64,000 nt of DNA from a virus (taxonomy: Duplodnaviria; Caudoviricetes). The stretch lies in IMG/VR virus record IMGVR_UViG_3300031853_000001, positions 96,001 to 160,000 of that record; one strand, given 5' to 3'. Below are positions 20,668 through 29,464 of this stretch, piece by piece. Every line of letters begins with the position of its first letter. Position 1 is the first letter of the stretch. The notes beneath the pieces were generated by a model. The model made no database searches and had not been told where the DNA came from. It saw only the letters and a list, made by a program, of their open reading frames with translations. Position numbers and translations under genes: made by a program.

Positions 20668-21318
20668 ATGCGTAAGTACGAAAAAATTGAAACTCTATTT
20701 GCCCGCGATATGGAAGGCACTAAAAAGCTAATGCCGGGTATTTTTCGTGACCCGACTATTGAGTTTCTTCAGTATTGTGATTGGGTATGGACTGAGAAGA
20801 TAGACGGCACTAATATCCGCGTGTATTGGGATGGCCATAAGGTTACTTTTAGTGGCCGTACCGATAACGCAGTTATTCCCGCAGAACTTATCACTCGTCT
20901 AAATGAACTTTTTAGCGGTGAGACTAATGCTCAAATTTTTGAGCAGGCTTTTGGCGATAAGGAAGTTATTCTATTCGGTGAGGGCTATGGTCGTAAAATT
21001 CAGAAGGGCGGTGGCAAGTATATTGCCGATGGCGTTGATTTTATTCTATTTGACGTTCTAATTGGTGAGAATTATCAAGAACGTGAATGGGTTGAAAGCA
21101 CCGCCAAGATGTTTGGTATTAAGGTCGTCCCAATTGTGGGTGGCGGTTCGCTTGAAGACGCTGTAAATTATGTTAAGAAGCACCCTAATTCGATAATTGC
21201 GGAAGATGTACGAGAAATGGAAGGTATTGTATGTAGACCCGCTGTTGAGCTACGTGACCGTCGTGGTAATCGTATTATTGTAAAAATTAAGTGGGAAGAT
21301 ATAAAGGAGCTTATTTAA
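20668..21318 (+). CDS. ATP-dependent RNA ligase (Rnl2-like nucleotidyltransferase)
   Basis: Motif I TEKIDGTN, ILFGEGYG, FILFDV, EGIVCRP, IVKIK. Confidence 0.8.
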   Translation: MRKYEKIETLFARDMEGTKKLMPGIFRDPTIEFLQYCDWVWTEKIDGTNIRVYWDGHKVTFSGRTDNAVIPAELITRLNELFSGETNAQIFEQAFGDKEVILFGEGYGRKIQKGGGKYIADGVDFILFDVLIGENYQEREWVESTAKMFGIKVVPIVGGGSLEDAVNYVKKHPNSIIAEDVREMEGIVCRPAVELRDRRGNRIIVKIKWEDIKELI

Positions 21319-21319
21319 T

Positions 21320-21544
21320 ATGAATGGATTTTATAAAGTAAAAGTTAATAATTATGGAGAAAAACCCGAAGAATGGTCTGGTGTTGTTGTGGGTAACGAT
21401 GAAGGTGACCTTATGAACAAGGTTATGAAATATTATGGTCACGATAATGTAGAACAAATAAGCTTTTGGTTTGGAGAATTTTATGATAATGATGTCGTAG
21501 AATTTGACGATTTTAAGGATTGTCCATTATTTGACTTTCACTAA
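21320..21544 (+). CDS. Hypothetical protein
   Basis: Coupled to the ligase gene. Confidence 0.55.
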   Translation: MNGFYKVKVNNYGEKPEEWSGVVVGNDEGDLMNKVMKYYGHDNVEQISFWFGEFYDNDVVEFDDFKDCPLFDFH

Positions 21545-21590
21545 AAATTTTGATATAATATTTATACAAGGTGAGGGAACTCACCAATAA

Positions 21591-21663
21591 TGCGGAGTGG
21601 CCAAGTAGTTAAGGCAATTGGCTCATACCCAATAGATCAAGAGTGCAAATCTCTTCTCCGCAA
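21591..21663 (+). tRNA. tRNA-Met/Ile2(CAT), no encoded CCA
   Basis: ATTGG-CT CAT AC-CCAAT; TGCGGAG/CTCCGCA; T-loop TGCAAAT. Confidence 0.8.
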
Positions 21664-21665
21664 CT

Positions 21666-22636
21666 CAGCGCAAAAGGAGAGCAAGCTGTTACTCCGAGTG
21701 AACTTATCGGCGCTATATAAATAGGAAAAACCAATTAAATACAGTATTTTAAATGAAGTAATAACTGCCATAGAAGTCATGACCTATGATAGAAGACACT
21801 TCATTTAAAGCAACCGGTTGATTTGCGCAATTAAGTCGTTAGAAGCGACTAGAGGGAGAGACCCTGACTAATAAGCAAGTCCATTCTATGAAATGGTAAT
21901 GTCGAAAACCAATTAGTGTAAAGTAGCATACCTTACCAATAATAAGGAGAATCAGCGTAGCGAACTGAATTGGCGTACTGGAATTTGTTGTCCAGAGTAG
22001 GCATAAATCGAGCAGCAATGCGGTAATACCCGTGCACAGGTAGCTAAATTACCCTGGCTCACCAATTATTTTAGAAGATAAGACTTGAGCTTATCTCTGG
22101 CTATGAAGCGAGTGCCGTGCCGCAGATGCGGTGCTTAGTGGAGCCTATGTGGGTTTAGCGTGTCAACCACAATGCGGATAGGTATTAACCGAAAGAAAAC
22201 ACGCTTTAATGGCGCTTTATCCCAAGCCTTTTCGCGGCGGCGCTATAAGTACCAAAAGGTATTATTTAATACTGAGCGTGAAACTAAGAGGGAACTGAAG
22301 GCTGTGCCAAGGTGAAAGGCTAACAGTCCGAGTGATGACCGTTGAAGCCATTCGGTGCATAGTGGTGCCGTTAAAGCGATGGATGCATACATCGTCCACT
22401 TCATTTAATGACTTGATGCTTATCAAGCTAGAACTATCGAGGACGTGTGCGGTGGGAATGTTTGAGATTAGATGTAGATAGTTTAAGTATAGACTTGCGG
22501 TGCAAGCCTAATCAACTGGCGTTCCGCGGCCAGAATACTTTGCGGGCTTTATTGATTCGGGAGGAAGTGTCCGTAGATGAACTTCTCGGAGTAATCGCCA
22601 TAATCGAATCAGCCGTGCGGCTGGCATAATGCCGCA
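21666..22636 (+). ncRNA. Large structured ncRNA region (GOLLD-like size and context; identity unverified)
   Basis: ~970 nt with raised GC, many hairpins and no credible ORF, flanked by tRNAs. Confidence 0.45.
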
Positions 22637-22640
22637 ATAT

Positions 22641-22760
22641 GGCACCGTAGTGCAAAGGTAAGCACGCCGGCCTTTGTGAGATAGGGTAAAGTGCAGTTCA
22701 ACTCTGCCGTCTCGCACCACAAGCCGGTGATGCTGGGTTCAAGTCCCGCCGGTGCTTCCA
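22641..22760 (+). tRNA. tRNA-Glu(TTC) interrupted at 35/36 by a 44-nt mini-tRNA (22676-22719)
   Basis: GGCACCG/CGGTGCT acceptor, D arm, CCGGC-CTTT|insert|CAA-GCCGG. Removing the insert gives CT TTC AA. Confidence 0.8.
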
Positions 22761-22763
22761 AGC

Positions 22764-22832
22764 AAAGAAAAGAGAAGCATAAATCTGATCAATTTATGAG
22801 ATAATGATGCCCTAACATCAAGTCTTTTCTTT
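22764..22832 (+). promoter_or_regulatory. Homing-endonuclease leader motif, copy C
   Basis: AAAGAAAAGA/TCTTTTCTTT; AGC; hairpin; GAGATAAT; GATG-CCCTAA-CATC. Loop pairs with TTAGGG (22844-22849). Confidence 0.7.
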
Positions 22833-22856
22833 AATAAATATTATTAGGGTGATATT

Positions 22857-23498
22857 ATGAGTAGAAAATTAAGCCAACAACAATTTGAAGAAAGAGTATA
22901 TAAGACATTTGGAGATAAATATTCTGTAGTAAGTGAATATTTAGGTCAAAGAAAACCTATAACTTTACATTGTAATATACACAATATTGATTTTACAGCT
23001 ACTGCTGAATGTTTCATGAGACAAGCTAATGACACTCGCTCAAGTTGTCCAGAATGTACTGCAGAAAAACGAAGACAAGAAAATAATTCTGTAAAATGTG
23101 AATGTGCTTATTGTCATAAAATTTTTTATTTGTCTCAATCTAAAGCTAATAATTCTAAAAGTGGATTACATTTTTGTTGTAGAGAACATAAAGATTTAGC
23201 TCAAAGAATAGATAGCGGTGAACAATTCGATATAATGCGCCCGCCTCATTATAATGCAATAAAAAATGATACAGGAACAATTGGGACATATCGTATTTTA
23301 GCTTTTAGAAATTATCCCCATAAGTGCGCTGTTTGTAATTGGGACGAAGATGAAGATATATTACAAGTTCATCATATAGATGAAAATAGACAAAATAATT
23401 CTTTAACCAATTTAATTATTTTATGTCCTAATTGTCACGCAAAAATAACTTATGGGAAATATAAATTAATTGATCGAAAACAAATTATATTAAAATAA
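22857..23498 (+). CDS. HNH homing endonuclease
   Basis: CAVC...LQVHHIDENRQNN...LCPNCH. Confidence 0.9.
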   Translation: MSRKLSQQQFEERVYKTFGDKYSVVSEYLGQRKPITLHCNIHNIDFTATAECFMRQANDTRSSCPECTAEKRRQENNSVKCECAYCHKIFYLSQSKANNSKSGLHFCCREHKDLAQRIDSGEQFDIMRPPHYNAIKNDTGTIGTYRILAFRNYPHKCAVCNWDEDEDILQVHHIDENRQNNSLTNLIILCPNCHAKITYGKYKLIDRKQIILK

Positions 23499-23520
23499 AA
23501 TTAAATAGGAGTTGTTGTAT

Positions 23521-23995
23521 ATGGCAATCCACGATAGAGCTTATACTCGTACAAAAAGTTGGACTAAGGCACTTCGTAAATACCACATTGATAGAGATAT
23601 TTCCGCAGGTAAATGGTGGCCTATGTACAATAATCTCCATCAATATGCTGATAATAAAATTCATTGTTCCTGTCCAATGTGTAGTGCTAAAACCAACAAC
23701 AAAAAGCGCAATGGGCCTCGTGGATGGGAACCTTCAAAAAATTGGTCTATTTCAGATCAAAAGAAAATTAATAGTATGGAAAGTCAAGTTGAGGAATTAA
23801 ATGATAACTTGGAATAATTTTAAATGTGATTTTCCGTATCATCGTATAGATAATTTTGGCGATTATAGTGAAATGTGGTGCGGACGATTAGAAAAATATA
23901 TTTCTAATTGTAATGATTGCCCATTTAACCAAAAAGAAAAAGAGATGCGTGAAGACCCCAATAATTATCAAAAATGGCTAAAATTACATAATTGA
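23521..23995 (+). CDS. Two small Cys-containing hypothetical ORFs (23521-23817, 23801-23995)
   Basis: RBS present; CSCPMC motif in the first. Confidence 0.55.
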
Positions 23996-24329
23996 CTTTT
24001 TCTAAAAATTATAGTATAATATATATAGTTAAGGGAAAGGAGATAAATTATTTATGAATTATCTGGATGATTTTCTTGTTGGCCCGCAGAGCGATGAATA
24101 TGATTGGTATTATGAAAATGAAATTCCTGATCCAGAATGGGACAGGAGATGTCGAGGATTGGATAAACTAATACTTGACAAGTAATAAAAATTATGTTAT
24201 AATATTTATAGAAACAAGGAAAGGATGATAATTGTGCGCTTTACGACTCGCAAGTCTCGTACTGTGTTTTCTTCTTCTTGGAGTCGCCGCAAGCAGGCAG
24301 AGATGCTTGATGAGTGGCAGATTTAAACG

Positions 24330-24865
24330 CCAGATTAGTTCAGCAAATTGCGGCCAATATTAATGGCGTTACCGCATTCCTTACTTATAGTTTGGAAGTA
24401 CAAAGGTTTTGAGTAATTGAACCGGTTAAATCAATGCTTGGCGCCGGGTCCACCCTACTGGGCTCGTAAACAAATCGCGGCCAATGGTGAGAAGCGCCAC
24501 CGCTATAAAGGAATGCCCCACGACGGGTTTCGTAAGTTATGTTGAAAGATATATACTAGCTTGGAATAAGCACACGCAAGAGTTGCTATAATGCGCAACA
24601 GAAAAATCCTTTATAATAGGTTAACCTACGGTCGGATGGGAGACGATAAACCCCTTTCAAGCAGTCTCTTTGGCGGTTGGACTTAAAATAAACCACCTAG
24701 GTCAGCAGGACTGATAACTATATATTATAGAAGCAATCTCTTTTATAATATATAGAAAACGCAGCCATAATCCTGTCGTTGCGGCGAACAACGATAAAAA
24801 TCGCTAGTAGCCCAGATACTTACTTAAAGGGTTTTCGCCGCGTTAATCTTGGTATCGGATTGCGG
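24330..24865 (+). ncRNA. Cluster of structured non-coding RNAs
   Basis: GCATTCCTT/AAGGAATGC long-range stem, long AT hairpin ~24718-24755, pseudoknots; no ORF. Confidence 0.45.
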
Positions 24866-24871
24866 TTGTAT

Positions 24872-25006
24872 CCACGCGTGGTGCAAATGGCGAGACACAG
24901 CGGACTTACGTAGGCCCAGTGGCTTGTTGGAGAGCAACACTCCTTCCTACGACCAAAATCCGCGACGCAAGATACATTGCTGGTTCAAATCCAGTCGCGT
25001 GGACCA
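24872..25006 (+). tRNA. tRNA-Leu(TAA) interrupted at 35/36 by a 47-nt mini-tRNA (24909-24955)
   Basis: CCACGCG/CGCGTGG-ACCA; GCGGA-CTTA|insert|AAA-TCCGC; long variable arm. Removing the insert gives CT TAA AA. Confidence 0.85.
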
Positions 25007-25009
25007 TAT

Positions 25010-25086
25010 GAGTTTGTAACCGAATTGGCATAGGTACTTGGCTCAAACCCAAGGTTTTGTGGGTTCGACTCCCACCAAACTCACCA
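25010..25086 (+). tRNA. tRNA-Leu(CAA), short variable arm
   Basis: CTTGG-CT CAA AC-CCAAG; ACCA. Confidence 0.9.
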
Positions 25087-25154
25087 AAATTTATATTTCG
25101 AGTGCGAATTATAATAATTTGAATTCGATGTTATTACTTATCTAATGTAAGGAG

Positions 25155-25925
25155 GTGGTTAATATGCCACTAAAATATAAATTAGAAGAAGTATTAACAG
25201 AAAATTCTCCTGTTACTAGAAAAGTTTTAAAAGATTATTTAGCAAAATATAATGTTTTAGAATATAAATGTGCAATATGCGATAACAGAGGAGAATGGAA
25301 TGGAGTTTCTTTAACATTACAAATAGACCATATTAATGGTATAAGAGATGATAATAGAAAAGAAAATCTTCGTTGGCTATGCCCGAATTGTCATTCTCAA
25401 ACTGATACTTTTACTGGGAAAAATAAAACTAAAAAAGAAGTTGTTAATTTTACAGTAGAAGAAGCTATTAAAGCATTACAACAAACTGAAAATGTAAATC
25501 AAGCAACCAAATTAATCGGCTGTGCGCAAGGTGGAGCAAATTGGATTAGAGTAAATGATATTAAAAAAAAGTATGGAATTATTCAATCTGGGGATTTAAA
25601 GAAAGAAGAAAAACAAAAGTTTAAAGAAAATCATATTAATGCGAAACCAATTAACTCTATTAAATTATGTAAAAAATGCGGCCGTCCGTTATCGACAAAA
25701 GATGCTGAATACTGTCAAACTTGTATACACGAATTTCAACGAAAATGTGAATGGCCTTCTCGCGAAGAACTTAAAAAATTAATTCGCTCTACACCTTTTT
25801 TACAAATAGGTAAAAAATATAATGTAAGCGATAATGCTGTAAGAAAATGGTGCTTAAATTATGGTTTGCCATCTAAAAAGATGGAAATAAAAGCAATTTC
25901 AGATGAAGATTGGAATAATATTTGA
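25155..25925 (+). CDS. HNH homing endonuclease with C-terminal HTH
   Basis: CAIC...LQIDHING..DNRKENLRWLCPNCH. Confidence 0.9.
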   Translation: MVNMPLKYKLEEVLTENSPVTRKVLKDYLAKYNVLEYKCAICDNRGEWNGVSLTLQIDHINGIRDDNRKENLRWLCPNCHSQTDTFTGKNKTKKEVVNFTVEEAIKALQQTENVNQATKLIGCAQGGANWIRVNDIKKKYGIIQSGDLKKEEKQKFKENHINAKPINSIKLCKKCGRPLSTKDAEYCQTCIHEFQRKCEWPSREELKKLIRSTPFLQIGKKYNVSDNAVRKWCLNYGLPSKKMEIKAISDEDWNNI

Positions 25926-25976
25926 CTTTCTTTTAAAATTATAGTATAATAATTATAGTAAAGAGAAAGGATTTAT

Positions 25977-26189
25977 ATGAAAGCAAAGTGTAAATGCAGT
26001 TGTATTTGGGACTATTCTTGTAATGATATTAAAGTTGAACCTGACGGTCACGATGTTGTAGTTACTTTATATTGCCCTAATTGTGGGCATCAGCTTTTTG
26101 CTTATAGCCCTAATGACCTAATAGAAAAAGTATCTCCTTCTTATGTTGATACTCATTGTTTTTCAAAATACACTTGGAATAATACTTGA
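25977..26189 (+). CDS. Small zinc-ribbon protein
   Basis: CKC and CPNC; own promoter and RBS. Confidence 0.55.
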   Translation: MKAKCKCSCIWDYSCNDIKVEPDGHDVVVTLYCPNCGHQLFAYSPNDLIEKVSPSYVDTHCFSKYTWNNT

Positions 26190-26227
26190 CTTTTAGCAGA
26201 AAATCTGCTATAATAAATATGTAAGAA

Positions 26228-26298
26228 CGACGGTAGCAGCAGTTTTAATAATAAATATTTTTAATGTAAAAATCCTTATTAGCAAAAATTCCGTCGTG
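26228..26298 (+). ncRNA. Variant ACAGCAA-type element (GCAGCAG)
   Basis: ACGACGG-TA-GCAGCAG ... CCGTCGT-G; first element after promoter 26186. Confidence 0.5.
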
Positions 26299-26311
26299 CT
26301 GATTGAAATTA

Positions 26312-26379
26312 AGGCGGACACAGCAAATAACTATTTAAGCAATAATCTTTTAAATTATGTAGCTAAAATAACCGCCTAG
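26312..26379 (+). ncRNA. ACAGCAA-stem element 3 carrying a Lys(TTT)-like anticodon stem-loop
   Basis: AGGCGG..ACAGCAA ... ATAAT-CTTTTAA-ATTAT ... CCGCCT-AG. Confidence 0.7.
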
Positions 26380-26386
26380 AATTTAT

Positions 26387-26464
26387 GTGCCCGTGGCGCA
26401 ACTTGGCAGACGCGCTACACTTAGGATGTAGATTTTCAGAGTTCAAATCTCTGCGGGCGCACCA
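26387..26464 (+). tRNA. tRNA-Leu(TAG), short variable arm
   Basis: CTACA-CT TAG GA-TGTAG; ACCA. Confidence 0.9.
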
Positions 26465-26672
26465 GTCACTCCTCGCTAATGCGACAAGTCGCGTTAACAT
26501 TTGTTTGTTAGCTACTGTTGGAAAACGCGACTTTAAAATACAAAGAAGCAACAGTAAATAGCTCAAACCGTATGTTGAGACTATCGTAACTATCACATTC
26601 TAGGAGTCCTGACTCGTTATTGGACTTAATACTCAACGGAGTTGGCGCCCAAACAAATCCTAGAATGTATAT

Positions 26673-26725
26673 GGTATCAAGTGAAGAGCCTTCTCGTGGC
26701 GATACTGATTTCGACTAATCTTCAC
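26673..26725 (+). ncRNA. Minimal HDV-like (theta-type) self-cleaving ribozyme
   Basis: P1 GGTATC/GATACT, P2 GTGAAGA/TCTTCAC, P3 GCC/GGC, L3 TTCTCGT, P1.1 TC/GA, J4/2 CTAA. Confidence 0.8.
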
Positions 26726-27120
26726 AAAATATTAAAGCGTGCTTTTCCTTGCTGTACACTTGTTGAAAAGCCAAATGTTCCCGTATGAGAATACGCAGGT
26801 TATACCTGTATATTGAAATCCCATAAGACGTCACAAAGGAATGGATAGAAATTACAATGGGCCATTCAGAAAGTAGAACACTTTAATATTTGACTTTTTC
26901 TGAAAATTCTGGTATAATAATTACAGAAACAAGGAAAGGACAAAATAATGAAGATACTTGTTGTAAATAAAGATGAGAAAATACAATTAATTCATCTCCT
27001 AAAACAAGAAATACGCAAACCTGGTTGTCCTTATGAATTACTTACTATTTTAGAAAAACTTAGTCCTGGAGACTATGAATATCTTTTTACAACTATGAAA
27101 TAAAAGAAAGGAAGTAGATA

Positions 27121-27690
27121 CTCCATTTAATAAAATGGTTGAACCAAGTGAAGAAGAGTTAACCACTCTGCTTGGGCTATCTAAATAACAGCCATACGAT
27201 TTAGCGGGATACTACTAAATCGCGGCCACGAAATCAGTAATGATTAGTGATAAGGAGAAACTCTTAATGTTAAGGATAGGCGCTTGGTTATTCGCTAACA
27301 AAAACTTGGCTCCTTGCGGCGTCGTAATAGAAAGCAGATTGAGCAGATTTGCCGAACCCAGAAAAGACTTTAAGGTGGCAGTTAAAGGGACTCTGGGAAA
27401 GCCATAAGACGTTTGGTGTCGTTGAAACCTAGAAATAGGATATAAGCAAGGTTCACAGATAAAGTAGCCTAAAACGACAATGATTCTAATAAGTAATTTA
27501 ATTAGAATAATGTGCTGAATGGTTTAGGTGAAATTTGGGAGTAATCAGTCTCCCCGTTGCTAGCCAAAAGGCAGGATGAAGAAGTTAAAGGGTCGCTACC
27601 TTTGGCTCAGCCTTCATCTTCAACGTGGTTGAATATGTTAGAAGGATAATACAAGTACGGCGAAGGTCGCAACGGTTTTATTAAATGGGG
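27121..27690 (+). ncRNA. ~570-nt large ornate ncRNA (ROOL-like)
   Basis: 21-nt terminal helix CTCCATTTAATAAAATGGTTG / CAACGGTTTTATTAAATGGGG, many internal stems, no ORF. Size and tRNA context fit ROOL. Confidence 0.6.
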
Positions 27691-27700
27691 TATTTGCCCT

Positions 27701-27768
27701 AGACTTTAAGGTAGCATTGGAGTAATTAACCAATGAGACAAAGATGCTCCTACATCGGCTTAAAGTTT
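27701..27768 (+). promoter_or_regulatory. Homing-endonuclease leader motif, copy D
   Basis: AGACTTTAAG/CTTAAAGTTT; AGC; hairpin; GAGACAAA; GATG-CTCCTA-CATC. Loop pairs with TAGGAG (27781-27786). Confidence 0.7.
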
Positions 27769-27795
27769 AAAATATAATCATAGGAGTGATTTAAT

Positions 27796-28356
27796 ATGCC
27801 AAGGAAAATTGATTTAACAGGAAAAATTTTTGGAATCATACAGGTAGATTCGCCAGCACCAAGTCAATCTGGTAAAACGTATTGGAATTGTCATTGTACA
27901 ATTTGTAATACTAAAAAAGTAATTCAAGGTTGCGCCTTAAAAAATGGTTCTATTAAAACTTGCGGTTGTGGTTGTTCTTTTCATAAACAAAATACTTCAA
28001 AAATTTGTGAAATTTGTGGAAAAGAATTTATTCCAATAAAATTTGGCGGTGCTAGAAAATATTGTTATGAATGTTCTCCGCAAGAAGGCTCAGAAACAGA
28101 TAAGCGCACAGTTATAAGACGAGCTTTAAAAAAGATGCTAGTTGATTATAAAGGTGGAAAATGTGAACGATGTGGATATAATAAATGTTTACGCGCATTA
28201 GAATTTCATCATTTAAATCCGTCTGAAAAAGATTTTGGAATTTCTGGATGTATAACTAAAAATGTAGAAGAATTAAAAAATGAAGTTAATAAATGTATTT
28301 TAGTTTGTTCTAATTGTCACGCGGAAATTCATGAAGAATTAGACGAGGCCCGTTAG
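27796..28356 (+). CDS. HNH homing endonuclease; stop codon lies inside tRNA-Asn
   Basis: CERCG...ALEFHHL...CILVCSNCH. Confidence 0.85.
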   Translation: MPRKIDLTGKIFGIIQVDSPAPSQSGKTYWNCHCTICNTKKVIQGCALKNGSIKTCGCGCSFHKQNTSKICEICGKEFIPIKFGGARKYCYECSPQEGSETDKRTVIRRALKKMLVDYKGGKCERCGYNKCLRALEFHHLNPSEKDFGISGCITKNVEELKNEVNKCILVCSNCHAEIHEELDEAR

Positions 28357-28423
28357 TCCAGTTGGCAGAACGATAGACTGTTAATCTATGTCAGCGCTGG
28401 TTCAAGTCCAGCACGGGCCGCCA
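28347..28423 (+). tRNA. tRNA-Asn(GTT)
   Basis: ATAGA-CT GTT AA-TCTAT; GCCA. Confidence 0.9.
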
Positions 28424-28703
28424 TAGTCACATAGAGGACTTATTCTCTATGCTTGCTCAACGTCCCACTTATGTGAACGCGCGAAGTCACATAAGAGAGT
28501 CAACCCTTCCGAAGTACGAAGGAACCCCTAAAATGGTCTGTGGGGATAAGCGGTGTCATGAACCGCCTAATGTAGCTGGCAAAGAGCATAGGTTCGTTAG
28601 GCTCCTAAGAAAAGCCTATCACCATCACGATAGCAAATAAGTGAATAAACGGATACGCGGTTAGCTGACCTTAAAGCTATTCTAATCTAGAGGAGAATAA
28701 AAT

Positions 28704-29243
28704 ATGAGTGACGTAAGACTAAAAATTTTACCTCCATGGACAGTAACAATTCGTAAGTTTGAGGCACTATTTGACGGTGACCCACAAATTGCTTGTAATT
28801 GTAATTTCTCAGGTTCTAATCCTTCTATTGTACTAGCTTGTAATAATGGTGATAAGGTTGCTGCTCTACAGCAGATTCTTCCTTCTGAAGTTGGCTTTGG
28901 CAATATTAAGCTAAAGGTCGCGGTTGATGGTGTTCCTTCTAATCGTACTTTCAAGAGTAAGGTTGAACTATTTGACACGGCTTTCAAGGGGAATCCAGCA
29001 TACGCTTATTCTGCATGTCCTGCTGAGGAAGGTTATCAGTGGATTGGGACTACTTATGTTGTATTTAATAACTGTGTAGTGCAGTTCGCGGCGGACAATC
29101 TAAATGATTGCCATGGTATTATTAGCACCCTATATGAAACTATCGCAAGCGAACTTCTAACTGGCCCCGCTACTGATGGTGTATTTTATAATACAAATGT
29201 AGAACGTGCTGGGCTTGGTCTTTCGCTAGGAGAATGGCCATAA
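28704..29243 (+). CDS. Conserved-looking hypothetical protein
   Basis: Strong RBS GAGGAG; biased codons. Confidence 0.7.
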   Translation: MSDVRLKILPPWTVTIRKFEALFDGDPQIACNCNFSGSNPSIVLACNNGDKVAALQQILPSEVGFGNIKLKVAVDGVPSNRTFKSKVELFDTAFKGNPAYAYSACPAEEGYQWIGTTYVVFNNCVVQFAADNLNDCHGIISTLYETIASELLTGPATDGVFYNTNVERAGLGLSLGEWP

Positions 29244-29245
29244 AA

Positions 29246-29443
29246 GATAAGTTCACTGGGCTCTTCTAAAGTCCAGTACCAAAGCCGAATGTCACATAAA
29301 GTTAACGACGGTGCGGTATGAAAAGACCACGCTGTAGTGGCACGGGCAGAGCTAATCCGGCAAGGAAAGCGGCGGTTAAAGTGAAATCGCGACGCGGAAA
29401 GAGAAAGAATAACAACCAGTGATGGGTCGAAAGACGTCTTATC
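29246..29443 (+). ncRNA. ~200-nt structured ncRNA of unknown class
   Basis: GATAAG/CTTATC and CACTGG/CCAGTG enclosing helices; GNRA loops; GC-rich. Confidence 0.5.
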
Positions 29444-29464
29444 AGTTTTCTCGGTCACTTTTAT

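Noticed and set aside
22211-22294. Second HDV-like ribozyme (GGCGCT..GCC-TTTTCGC-GGC-GGCGCT)
   Set aside because: P1 and P3 fit, but P1.1 and the P2 junction are mismatched; not supportable without a covariance score.
22641-22760. Reading the interrupted tRNA as Val (TAC/CAC)
   Set aside because: Formally possible with other junctions, but it requires cutting inside the mini-tRNA's CCA. The 35/36 junction shared with the Leu gene gives Glu(TTC).
24706-24775. Hammerhead ribozyme (CAGGA-CTGATAA..AAAAC..TCCTG)
   Set aside because: Core G8 and G12 are replaced and stem III does not form.
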